Source of the DNA: Candidatus Sumerlaeaceae bacterium
Lineage (GTDB): Bacteria; Sumerlaeota; Sumerlaeia; Sumerlaeales; Sumerlaeaceae
Length of the DNA stretch: 64,000 nucleotides
Direction: 5' to 3'
NCBI GenBank assembly: GCA_051003195.1
Contig: JBPCLP010000047.1
Location: 160,401-224,400 of the forward strand
Made by a program: the position numbers and the translations under genes. Shown here piece by piece: positions 30,681 through 40,191 of this stretch. Every line of letters starts with the position of its first letter. Positions within the stretch are counted from its first letter, which is position 1. The notes beneath the pieces were generated by a model that worked only from the letters and a program-made list of their open reading frames with translations, ran no database searches and was not told the DNA's origin.

Positions 30681-31613
30681 CTAAGGTAAAATCCCGGTCC
30701 AAAGCGAGTTGTTCGTCTCGTCCAGTTCATTCAGGAAATCGCCTGAGTCTCCCACGACCAGGATTCTTCCGCCGCTCCACGAAACGCCAAATGGCGGCTT
30801 CACGTTGATCTTCTTCAACTTCGCCACACCCGGCAATAATTTCGAGACCTTGGTTCTCTTTAGCAGGTGAAAGTTGGACAGGGAATCCAGGAACCATACT
30901 TCCATATAGGACGGGATCGCCAGCACGTTGCCAACGTTTTGTGCATTGACCTGGCCGAAGTATTTGCCTTTAGTGGAAAGCGTCAGGGGAATGGAAAACG
31001 ACAGGGTGAGGTCCGGTCCACTCAGGGAGTCTTCGCCCGCGCGTTCCATAGGGACGTCACTCAAACTCAAGTCGTTTGCATTTGAGCGAGTGTAGTCGGG
31101 AAACACCAGCCCATCACGATAGATTTCAATCTTCCAGTCATAGGTATTGTGAATTCCGGACGTAATCGTGACGAAGTATGCATCAGCAGAACTTGTGTCC
31201 GTGATTGTGTGAACAGCAGTCGTTGCCGCCAGCGTCCAGGAACTGCTCGAAGATGGTTTCCAGTAAATTTTTTCAAACACGTCCAGTTCGCCCGAGCCGC
31301 CAGCTACATCGGGGTCCCACACAAGGTTGCCGGAACTGAAAAATCCATCACTGTCCGTGTCTACTGTTGACGAAAAACTCGCATTGAAAATAGTCGCCGT
31401 CAGTGCGGTTGGCGTTATCTTTGTACTCGCCTTCGAAGCATTGTCGGCCTGCTCAGCAGAAATAACGTGCGCCTCACTGACGGTTGGACCTGCGGAAAGC
31501 TCAGGTGATGCAAAGGCGCCAGAACCTGTAAAGAGCAGGCCCGCCGAAAATGCGAGTGCCCAGTTTTTGCGGCACTCTGACGTGTCGCAAAGTAAGTCCT
31601 GAAAAAAGTTCAT
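30681..31613 (-). CDS. Secreted protein with Ca-binding-like DxDxDG motif and C-terminal CARDB-like domain
   Basis: Signal peptide, DTDSDGFF, PDLT...ELDETNN. Confidence 0.55.
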   Translation of the reverse strand: MNFFQDLLCDTSECRKNWALAFSAGLLFTGSGAFASPELSAGPTVSEAHVISAEQADNASKASTKITPTALTATIFNASFSSTVDTDSDGFFSSGNLVWDPDVAGGSGELDVFEKIYWKPSSSSSWTLAATTAVHTITDTSSADAYFVTITSGIHNTYDWKIEIYRDGLVFPDYTRSNANDLSLSDVPMERAGEDSLSGPDLTLSFSIPLTLSTKGKYFGQVNAQNVGNVLAIPSYMEVWFLDSLSNFHLLKRTKVSKLLPGVAKLKKINVKPPFGVSWSGGRILVVGDSGDFLNELDETNNSLWTGILP

Positions 31614-31740
31614 GGTTCGTTCCTTTGTGTATTCGCGGTGGCGCCGGTGCTGTCATATTTGGAAGAGCATTGGTCCAGCTCCGGCCATCATCGAAATAAA
31701 TGGCAGCGCCGAGGCAACTTGTCAACCTTGTTTCAGCCGG

Positions 31741-32676
31741 CTAGACCACCAGCCGCGCATCGATGCTGACCGGCGGGAACTCCGTATGGGTACGCAGCCG
31801 GGCACAACGCGCTACAATTTCCTCATGCTGCAGATGTCCGATGCGTGCCAGCGAGAATTCCTCCACCGTGAAACTCGCCATGGTTGTCCCCACAATCACC
31901 GCTTGCCGGAATGTCGTTTCATCCAGGTTCCTGGCGCCTGCCAGGTAGCCGATAAACCCGCCCGCAAATGTATCACCCGCACCCGTAGGGTCTTTCACCT
32001 TTTCCAGCGGAAAAGCCGGGGCGACGAAGTAATCCTTTTCACTGAACATCAGGCAGCCATGCTCGCCCTTCTTGATGATGACGCGGCCTATGCCCATTTT
32101 CATCAGCTGGCGCGCCGCTTTTTGAAGGTTTGCCGTGTCGCACAACTGCCGCGCCTCCGCATCATTTAAGAGCACCACATCGCATTGCTTAAGGACTTTG
32201 AGCAACGTCTCCTGCTTGCCTTCGATCCAGAAGTTCATCGTATCGGCCATGGCAAGTCGTGGCTTCTCCATCTGCGCCAGCACTTCGAGCTGCAGCTCCG
32301 GGTCGATGTTGCCAAGCATCACATACGGGTGCTTGCGTAAAGAGTCGGGGACCTTGGGCTGGAACTTCGCAAACACGTTTAGCGCCGTCTCAAGCGTATG
32401 CGCCTGGTTCATATCATACTCGTAATAGCCGCGCCACCGAAAGGTGCTGCCATTCGCATCGACTTCCAGGCCGTCTGTATCAATGCCGCGCGACTGCAAC
32501 AGCTGGAAATGCTCCGGTGGGAAATCGCCGCCAACTACACCCACAACCGCCACGTCCGCAAAATACGAGGCCGAAGTCGCTGCATAGGCACAGCTGCCAC
32601 CTAATGCCTCTTTTACCTCACCAAAGGGCGTGCGCACATTGTCCAGCGCAACGCTTCCCACCACAAGAACTGACAT
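31741..32676 (-). CDS. PfkB-family carbohydrate kinase
   Basis: VVGSVALD, LGGS, NDAEA, IKKGEHG and DPTGAGDTFAGG motifs. Confidence 0.92.
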   Translation of the reverse strand: MSVLVVGSVALDNVRTPFGEVKEALGGSCAYAATSASYFADVAVVGVVGGDFPPEHFQLLQSRGIDTDGLEVDANGSTFRWRGYYEYDMNQAHTLETALNVFAKFQPKVPDSLRKHPYVMLGNIDPELQLEVLAQMEKPRLAMADTMNFWIEGKQETLLKVLKQCDVVLLNDAEARQLCDTANLQKAARQLMKMGIGRVIIKKGEHGCLMFSEKDYFVAPAFPLEKVKDPTGAGDTFAGGFIGYLAGARNLDETTFRQAVIVGTTMASFTVEEFSLARIGHLQHEEIVARCARLRTHTEFPPVSIDARLVV

Positions 32677-32811
32677 CTATCCAGCTTCCTTTACGCACGA
32701 CCGTAAATCCCGGTCCAGCATGTCGTCCAGAACTCAATACGCATTGGACATGTCAATGCTTGGCGGCTTGGGGGCATTATGCTCGCTCCTATGCATGCAT
32801 CAGAATTCCTA

Positions 32812-32825
32812 TTTAACCGGTTAAA
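32812..32825. promoter_or_regulatory. Candidate LacI-family operator palindrome TTTAACCGGTTAAA
   Basis: Perfect 14-bp palindrome with central CG, between the divergent pfkB and lacI-family genes. Confidence 0.55.
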
Positions 32826-33096
32826 ATCTTTTACAATTCTAATCCTTTTCAAGTTCCTGCGCATTTAACGGACCGCTAATGGGTGAAACACATGGGCCCA
32901 AGTTAGCAGGATAGTAATCGCTAAGACCTGTATTGATAGTGGAGTCCGAATTTTATTTGGATATCGTAAGAACGTTCTTTGAAATCATTCTGATGTTTTT
33001 TTCGGTTGCATTGATAAAAAAATCAATTAGGCGGTAATCACCACTAAATACTGCGCGTTGTGTTCAAAAAGAACCATTGCGTTCGGAGGAGTGTTT

Positions 33097-34158
33097 ATGC
33101 AGAAGCGACGCAGCCGCTACACCATCCGCGATATCGCCAGGATGGCCGGAGTCAGCAGGTCCACCGTTTCACTCGCCATCAATGATTCGCCACGCATTAA
33201 TAAAGAAACCAGGAAACAGGTTATGCAGGTCATTGCGGAGACCGGCTATCGCCCAAACCACGCCGCGCGCAATCTCGCCAGCCGCACTTCTAGAACCATT
33301 CTCGTAATTCTGCCGGAAATGGACCAGGCATTCACCGACGGCTACTTCTCCGAGAGCCTTAGTGGAATTCTCGATGCCGGGGCTGCTCACGATTATCACC
33401 TCATGATTCAATCCGCAACGGAGCTGTTTAAACGTGAAAACCGCCCGCTGAAGCTTTTCCGCCAGCACACCATCGACGCGGTATTACTCCTTGGGAATCT
33501 TCAAACCGACAATTACGTGCGCGAAATCGCGGAAAACGGCTGTCCGATCGTTCTGGTTAACGGCTGCTTCCCTGGAATCCCATCCATTGTCGGCGCTGCA
33601 GCTACCGCAGCATCCGACGCGGTAACCTACCTGCATTCACTCGGGCACTCGCGGATTGCGCACATCAGTGGAAACCCGGACATATGGGCCGTAAAGCAGC
33701 GGACGAACGGCTACCACACAGCGATCGAAACTCTGCAACTGGACCGCGACGACACATTAGTGGCCCGCGGCAATTGCAGCGCGCGCAGCGGTTTCGAGGC
33801 CATGAAGCAGCTTCTTGCACGCGATAACCGACCCACCGCCGTGTTCTGCGCGACAGATATTCTGGCGCTTGGGGCTGTCGACGCGATACGGGAGTCCGGT
33901 CTCGCCGTGCCCCATGACATTGCGGTCTTCGGCGGAGATGACGCACTCGCCGCGCGCTTTGTTTCGCCCCGCCTGTCCACCATTCAGCCATTGATGTATA
34001 CGATAGGGGAGTCGGCGTGCGAACACCTCGTCCGATTCCTTGAAGGCAATTCCCCCCAATTGCTACAAATAGAGGTTCGCTTACCCCTGGCAGTCCGCCA
34101 GAGTTGTGGATCGCCCCTGTGCGATCAAAGAGCCAGCACTTTTGCAGAGGCAATATAG
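33097..34158 (+). CDS. LacI-family transcriptional regulator
   Basis: TIRDIARMAGVSRSTVS, YRPNHAARNL and PTAVFCATD. GGAGG RBS. Confidence 0.95.
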   Translation: MQKRRSRYTIRDIARMAGVSRSTVSLAINDSPRINKETRKQVMQVIAETGYRPNHAARNLASRTSRTILVILPEMDQAFTDGYFSESLSGILDAGAAHDYHLMIQSATELFKRENRPLKLFRQHTIDAVLLLGNLQTDNYVREIAENGCPIVLVNGCFPGIPSIVGAAATAASDAVTYLHSLGHSRIAHISGNPDIWAVKQRTNGYHTAIETLQLDRDDTLVARGNCSARSGFEAMKQLLARDNRPTAVFCATDILALGAVDAIRESGLAVPHDIAVFGGDDALAARFVSPRLSTIQPLMYTIGESACEHLVRFLEGNSPQLLQIEVRLPLAVRQSCGSPLCDQRASTFAEAI

Positions 34159-34259
34159 TATGCCGAAGTTCATAGCTATACTTCAGGAAGCTTTCTAGCT
34201 CGGACGGCACACAAAACCAGTGAACGAATTAATGCGACAGGACTCATTAGGTTGCGCAT

Positions 34260-34399
34260 AATTCAGTTCAGTTTTTTTGCACCGAAGGTGCAGCGGAACA
34301 TAGCCCAGGGTCAGGATTCCGGCTTTTTGGAATCCGCAGCCCTGGGTTTCACCATCCCATTTTTCGCGCCCTGAAGGGGTGCCGGAAACCGAAAATATG
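34260..34399. repeat. Inverted copy of the REP/BIME-like unit at 22128
   Basis: Near-complete reverse complement of 22128-22265. Confidence 0.85.
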
Positions 34400-34561
34400 G
34401 TACTAATTCTGGAACACCACCAGAGCGCACACTTTTAAGGTATTCAACTCTGCAGATTCGTTTGACACGAGCTAACGCTGCAGGTTAAACACCAGTTTGC
34501 CCATGCACGCGAGATCATCATCACGACTGCCACGCCTATGTGAAGCGGCGCCGTTGGCGGG

Positions 34562-36070
34562 ATGCACAATGCTGTGAATATAGACCCGCTGCCCGGCGCA
34601 AAAAAGCAGGCCCCGTACGTCGCGTCGGAATTAAACGAACTCAACCTGGACGCCGCCACCGCCGGCTTTGATATCACCACGCCCCTACACTCCTGGCGGG
34701 TAAACTCGCAGGCGCCCGACCGACTCGTTACTGGGCTCGCCCCCGGCACTTTGTTAAAGGGAGCGAAATACGAGTTCATACTCAAACGGGTACTCGGCAC
34801 AGGCGGTATGGGCGCAGTCTACCTCGCCGACTCTCAGCTTCCGCCACAATCCGCAGCGCCCGCATTGCCGCGCGAAGTTGCCGTTAAGGTGTTCCGCAAC
34901 GAATGGGGCACCAACCCTGGGGAACTCCTCAAGCGCGAGCTCTCCGCTTTGCGCGCGCTCCGTCATGATCGCATCCCAACTCTCTTCGACTGGAACACAC
35001 AGGGCCAGACGCCGTTCGTCGCCTGCCGATACTACCCCGCCGGCAGTTTGTCCGATGAAATTTCCCGCATTGGTCATCTGCCACTTCCTGCGGTGTGGCG
35101 TCTGCTGGAAGACCTTCTCGTCGCGTTGTCCGCCGCGCATCGGGCCGCTGTCCTGCACCTCGACGTAAAACCCGGCAATGTTCTGTGCGACACTGACGGC
35201 GGATACCTGCTCGCGGACTTCGGCATCAGCCAGGGTTTCCTTGTCTCCAAAGCGGTGCTGCCAACCGGCCTCGGCGCGCCCGTCTTCCAATCCCCCGAAC
35301 AGCGGCGTGCCGACAGCGACGCTTTTGACGAACGAACCGATTTATGGGGCGCGGGAATTACAGTCTGGACTGCTCTCACCGGCGCGCATCCATTGGATCT
35401 GCGTAACCTGATCAATGCCTGCGCGGGTGGTACACACGGTCTGCCGCCCCCCAGCGTATTGCGCGACGACTGCCCCGCCTCGCTCGAAGAAGCACTCATG
35501 CCGCTGCTCGCGCTTGATCCGGATCAACGCCCTGGCAGCGCTGCTGAAGCACTCGCTCGCGTTCATGCGTCCAACCCAACGAGCTCGCAGTTTGGCACGG
35601 GCACTCCATCCCCGCTTCGCCCTGCCGACAGCGCCGTGCGACGTTCCGTATTCGGCACCATGATGGATCCTCTCTGGCGGGCCATCTGCCGCAGCGGCGA
35701 ACTCGACGACCGCCTTGTCCACTTTCGACCCGGTGATTTGTTGTGCGGCGAGGGCGCCGACAGCTATCGTACATTCGTGCTTTTGCGCGGCAGCGTGCGC
35801 ATCGAGCGCGAAGGCAAACAGTTGCAGCAGGAAGAACGAGAAGGCGTTTTCCTCGGCGAAGTCACTTCGCTCATCGGTGCACCGCGCACCGCCACCATGA
35901 TCGCAATTACAGATGTCTGGGCACTTGCGTTCAATCCCGCCCAGCTCGAAAAATTCGTCACACGCAATCCTGCCGTCGCCATTCGTCTCATGAAAGTTCT
36001 GGCGGAGCGACTCCATCGCGAGGTGCAGCTTAACCTTGCCGCTGGCGTCAACTCCGTGGCCAACACATGA
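34562..36070 (+). CDS. Hanks-type Ser/Thr kinase with C-terminal cNMP-binding domain
   Basis: LGTGGMGAVY, VAVK, HLDVKPGN, DFG and SPEQ. C-terminal FLGEVTSLIGAPRTAT phosphate-binding cassette. Confidence 0.9.
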   Translation: MHNAVNIDPLPGAKKQAPYVASELNELNLDAATAGFDITTPLHSWRVNSQAPDRLVTGLAPGTLLKGAKYEFILKRVLGTGGMGAVYLADSQLPPQSAAPALPREVAVKVFRNEWGTNPGELLKRELSALRALRHDRIPTLFDWNTQGQTPFVACRYYPAGSLSDEISRIGHLPLPAVWRLLEDLLVALSAAHRAAVLHLDVKPGNVLCDTDGGYLLADFGISQGFLVSKAVLPTGLGAPVFQSPEQRRADSDAFDERTDLWGAGITVWTALTGAHPLDLRNLINACAGGTHGLPPPSVLRDDCPASLEEALMPLLALDPDQRPGSAAEALARVHASNPTSSQFGTGTPSPLRPADSAVRRSVFGTMMDPLWRAICRSGELDDRLVHFRPGDLLCGEGADSYRTFVLLRGSVRIEREGKQLQQEEREGVFLGEVTSLIGAPRTATMIAITDVWALAFNPAQLEKFVTRNPAVAIRLMKVLAERLHREVQLNLAAGVNSVANT

Positions 36071-36678
36071 GCTCCTCGGCTGCTCCGCTCATTTATCTTT
36101 CGGACTACGATCCCAAATGGCCGCAGTTGTTTGACTCAGAAGCGGCTGAAATCGCAACCGCGCTTTCCGTCCCTGCCGGCGCGGTCCACCACATCGGCAG
36201 CACCGCTGTGCCCGATCTCCGCAGCAAGCCTCTCATCGATCTGCTGGTCACCGTTCCCGATGTGAAGAGCCGCGACGAGTATTTACGCATTCTCGGGCCG
36301 CTCGGCTACGACTACCGCGAAGTGCACGATCCCGGACGCCTCTTCTTCGAAAAGCGTCGGCCCTTTCGATACCATCTTCACGTGGTCGAGCAGGACGGCT
36401 GGCACTACTGGCGGCTCGTACTGTTTCGGGATCGGCTTCGACGCGATCCGCTCACCGCGGCCGCGTACGTGGAGCTCAAGCGACGCCTTGCCGACCAGCA
36501 TCCCGATAACCGCGATCTCTACAGCGGTGGTAAATCCCTCTTTGTTACGCGAACAGTCCAGGCCGAGCTAAAGCGCTATCCCGAATTGCTGGCGCGGCTG
36601 CGCGCTTCCGGCGCCCCGGTCGACGTTATCTTCCAGCACAAACGCGACCCCGACACCGAATCCTTCCCCATGACCTGA
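36067..36678 (+). CDS. GrpB/UPF0157 nucleotidyltransferase-fold protein
   Basis: YDPKWP, HHIGSTAVPDLRSKPLID, FRDRLR and YVELKRRLA. ATGA overlap with the kinase gene. Confidence 0.9.
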   Translation: MSSSAAPLIYLSDYDPKWPQLFDSEAAEIATALSVPAGAVHHIGSTAVPDLRSKPLIDLLVTVPDVKSRDEYLRILGPLGYDYREVHDPGRLFFEKRRPFRYHLHVVEQDGWHYWRLVLFRDRLRRDPLTAAAYVELKRRLADQHPDNRDLYSGGKSLFVTRTVQAELKRYPELLARLRASGAPVDVIFQHKRDPDTESFPMT

Positions 36679-36790
36679 CTCCTGGTGTGCCGAATCAGAA
36701 GTTCCTATCCAGTTAGAGCGCGGAAGATGAGCTCAATTCGACACACAAAATCAGTGAACGAATTAATGGGACACCAGACCAGCGCACCAC

Positions 36791-39700
36791 TTACTTCAGA
36801 TTTTGAATCAGCGCACGAGTCCTGCCCTGCTCGGGAACGTTGTTCTGTTTGCGCGCCGCGTCCAGTGCCAGCGCTGCCGCCACTTTAGCCTTGGCCGGGT
36901 CGTTGGTGCGCGCGTGATGCTGCGCCGTCAACCGCAGCAGCCGCGGGCGCTCCGCCTCGTAGCCGAACAATTGCAGCGAACGCTCCGCCTTTGCCAGCCG
37001 CTTGGCCAGCCCGTTCCCCGGCTTTTCAACAATCGCCGCCTCAATATCCACCAGCTCCAGCGAGAACATCCGCTCCGCGTCGCCCAGTTCCTCTGCCACC
37101 CGGTTGGCCTGCTTTACCAGCTTGCGGCACTCCCCCGGATTATGCAGGATCAGGTTACTAAGCGCCAGGTTCTCCAGCGCGATGGCAGCGCTGCGGCGGT
37201 CCTCGATTTTCTCCGCAATTTCATACGCCGCCGCACTGTGCCTCATCGCATCCACTCCATGCTGCTGCGATAAAAACAGGTTCGCAAGGTTCGCATGTGT
37301 CGCCGTCAAAACCTGCTGGTACTGTAACCGTTCCGCCAGCGCCAGTGCCTCACGGTAGTGTTTTTCCGCAGCTTCAGAATTGCCCAGGTTTTCCTCAAGA
37401 ATTCCAAGGTTCATCACCGTCGCACAAATCAGGAACTTATCGCCCGTGATCTGCTGGAATCGCAGCGCCTCCCTCAGCAGCCCCGCTGCCTTCTTCAGCT
37501 CTCCCGCTTTCCACTCCACCAGCGCAAGGTTGTTGCGCACCGCGGCGGCGATGCTCGGATGACCCTCGGATAAATCCACCTCCAGCGCCGTTTCGAACAG
37601 CTCACGCGCTTTGCCAAAATCACCGCGGCTCCACCAGCAAAGCCCCAGCCCCTGCACAAGGTCGGCAATCACATCCACATCGCCATGCTTGCGCGCCATC
37701 GGCAATGCCGTCTCGAACTCTTTCTGCGCCCGGTCATACTCACCTGTCATCTGCAGCGCCAGCCCCGCCTCCAGGCGTATGCGGCTCAGCAGCCGGTTAT
37801 CGCGCGATTTCCCCAGCGCATCCAGCGCCGAGGCCAGGCTTTCCAGCGCCCGCCGCGGTTCCCCCGACAGCCGCTGCAGTTTCGCCCGCGCGCGCAGGAT
37901 CGTCGCCACCACCTTGCGATTCTCCGGCGTCGGTGCCAGCCGGTGCAACCGCTTCAGCGCCTCCTCATAATGCTCCATCGCATCCGGTATCGCACCCATC
38001 CCGCTGGCCTGGTCGCCGCTCATTCTCAGGTAAGGTATCGAACGCGCATCGTCTTCCGCCTGCGTCCAGTGGTACGCCAGCACCGGCGCATAAGGCGCAA
38101 GCCGGTCCGCGTATTTCCTCTCCAGCTCCGTCGCGATAAACGTGTGCAGTTCCCGACGCTGACGCACCAGCAGCGTGCGGTAGCTCACTTCCCGGGTGAT
38201 ATGGTGCAGGAAGAAAAACTCCAGCCCCGTCACGGTAATGTTATCGTCCAGCAGTTGCAGCGTCTTCAGCGAATACAGCCGCGCCAGCAATCCCTCCTGG
38301 ATAAAATTGAAAAACTCGATAAACTCCAGCGAGAACCGCTTGCCCAGCACCGCCGCGCATTGCAGCACCAGCTTGCGCCGCTCGTCCAGCGAGTCGATCC
38401 GCGACTGCAGTATCTCCAGCAGGCTCGGCGGAACCAGTTCGCCCGCCGACGTGCTCGGGTTTTCCGGGTCGAACTCCGCGTACATCGACGCCGGTTTGAT
38501 CCCTTCTGCGATCGCCCGCGCCGCATTGCGCGCAAGCTCCATCATATAGAACGGGTTGCCAGCCTCCTGGTGAATCAGCCGCTCCCGCACCTCCGGCAAG
38601 ATATCCTGCAAATCAGCCAGGGCGCCAAACAGCGCCCGCCGACTTCGCAGGTCCAGCCCCCGCAGCCGCACCCGTTCCAGCGCCCGCATCTGCGCAATGT
38701 CCGTGCTCTCCTCATTGCGATACGCCACCATGAAAAACGTCTTCTTCGGCGGCGACGCCAGCAGCGCGTTCAACGCCTCCGTGCTCGTACGATCGCTCCA
38801 TTGCAGATCGTCCAGGATCAGCACCAGCGCCGTTGCGCGCCCCGCTATCCGTTCCAGCAATGCGCGCAGCTCCGTGCGCAACAGCCGTTGCGCCGCCAGC
38901 GGCGGAAGCGCCTGGATATTATCCAGCGCCCGCGGATCACCCAGCATCGCCAGGATCGGCGTCGCATCCACCCGCGAATACCCCAGCCTCTCCAGCGCAC
39001 GCTCCACCCGCTTCCAGTCACTCTCGCCCGGGTTGCGCGCTGCGCCCTCCAGCAGCGACGACAGCACACCGCGCCACAGCTCCCACGGAACCTTCGCGCT
39101 GTACGGCGCGCCCTCCACATGCCCAATCACCGCGCCCGCCTGCCGCTGCGCAAACTCCAGCGCCAGCCGCGTCTTGCCAATTCCCGGCTCGCCCTCCAGC
39201 ACCACCCCGCACACCCGGCGCTCGCTCTCTCCGCCCGACACCCGCTCATACGTCGCCACGTCGCTGCCGCGGCCATCAAAGCAGCGCACCCACACATCCG
39301 TCAGCTTCTGCAGCTCGCGCTCGCGACCCACAAACGGCACCGAGAAATCCCGACGCTGTGCCTCCGGCCCCCTCGCCGACAGCACCTCGTAAACCATCAC
39401 CTTCTTCGCGATATTCTTAAACTCGTGCATCCCGGACTTCTTGCACTTGAACAGCTCGCGCACGATATCATACGTTTCCGGCCCGATCATAAGCGCGCCC
39501 GGTTTCGCCACCCCCTTGATGCGTGCCGCCAGGTTCACCGCGTTGCCAAATACCTTGTAAATGGGTGGCGTACGCGTCCGAATCACCGAGCTCAGCACGA
39601 CCCCCGTCTCAATGCCTGCCGACGCCTTCACCCGGTGCCCGTGCATTTCCGGCATCGCCTTGATCCGTTCCAGGATCGCCAGCGCCGCGCGCACCGCGCT

Positions 39701-40174
39701 CTCCGCGTCCCGCTCATACGCCATCGGCGCGCCAAACACCGCAAGGCAGCCATCCCCCTGGAACTCCAGGATGAAGCCGTTGAAAAAATCCACCACGTGA
39801 CCGCAGATCGCGTAATACGCGTCCAGGATTTCCTTCGTCTCCTCCGGGCGCAGATGCTCGCACAGCCGCGTGTAGCCCACCAGGTCCACAAACACAACCG
39901 TCGCGCTGCGGTACTGGTCCTCCCCTCCGCGCAACGCCCGCTCCAGCCGCGTGCGATGCTGCATCATCAGGATCTCGCCAAGGTCACCCAGACCGCCCGA
40001 ACCCGGCATCAGCGCCTCGCCGTCCCCCAGCAGGTCCCGCTCCTCGCGGCTCGCAATACGAGGCAGAGTCTCGTCCACCAGCACCGCACCACAATAGCGG
40101 CACAGCTTCGCCTTCTCCTTAATCCACTCCGCGCAGGCCGGGCACTCTTTATAACCGGGTTTTTGTTCAGTCAT
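36791..40174 (-). CDS. Zn-ribbon + class III nucleotide cyclase + AAA/STAND ATPase + TPR protein
   Basis: CPAC..CRYC, VFVDLVGYT, GDG, VNLAAR, GEPGIGKT, LDDLQW, GNPF, and C-terminal TPRs. Confidence 0.9.
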   Translation of the reverse strand: MTEQKPGYKECPACAEWIKEKAKLCRYCGAVLVDETLPRIASREERDLLGDGEALMPGSGGLGDLGEILMMQHRTRLERALRGGEDQYRSATVVFVDLVGYTRLCEHLRPEETKEILDAYYAICGHVVDFFNGFILEFQGDGCLAVFGAPMAYERDAESAVRAALAILERIKAMPEMHGHRVKASAGIETGVVLSSVIRTRTPPIYKVFGNAVNLAARIKGVAKPGALMIGPETYDIVRELFKCKKSGMHEFKNIAKKVMVYEVLSARGPEAQRRDFSVPFVGRERELQKLTDVWVRCFDGRGSDVATYERVSGGESERRVCGVVLEGEPGIGKTRLALEFAQRQAGAVIGHVEGAPYSAKVPWELWRGVLSSLLEGAARNPGESDWKRVERALERLGYSRVDATPILAMLGDPRALDNIQALPPLAAQRLLRTELRALLERIAGRATALVLILDDLQWSDRTSTEALNALLASPPKKTFFMVAYRNEESTDIAQMRALERVRLRGLDLRSRRALFGALADLQDILPEVRERLIHQEAGNPFYMMELARNAARAIAEGIKPASMYAEFDPENPSTSAGELVPPSLLEILQSRIDSLDERRKLVLQCAAVLGKRFSLEFIEFFNFIQEGLLARLYSLKTLQLLDDNITVTGLEFFFLHHITREVSYRTLLVRQRRELHTFIATELERKYADRLAPYAPVLAYHWTQAEDDARSIPYLRMSGDQASGMGAIPDAMEHYEEALKRLHRLAPTPENRKVVATILRARAKLQRLSGEPRRALESLASALDALGKSRDNRLLSRIRLEAGLALQMTGEYDRAQKEFETALPMARKHGDVDVIADLVQGLGLCWWSRGDFGKARELFETALEVDLSEGHPSIAAAVRNNLALVEWKAGELKKAAGLLREALRFQQITGDKFLICATVMNLGILEENLGNSEAAEKHYREALALAERLQYQQVLTATHANLANLFLSQQHGVDAMRHSAAAYEIAEKIEDRRSAAIALENLALSNLILHNPGECRKLVKQANRVAEELGDAERMFSLELVDIEAAIVEKPGNGLAKRLAKAERSLQLFGYEAERPRLLRLTAQHHARTNDPAKAKVAAALALDAARKQNNVPEQGRTRALIQNLK

Positions 40175-40191
40175 GGCTGAGGTTCCACATT

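Noticed and set aside
37685..40180. 831-aa plus-strand ORF
   Set aside because: Antisense shadow of the GC-rich cyclase gene; no recognisable motifs.
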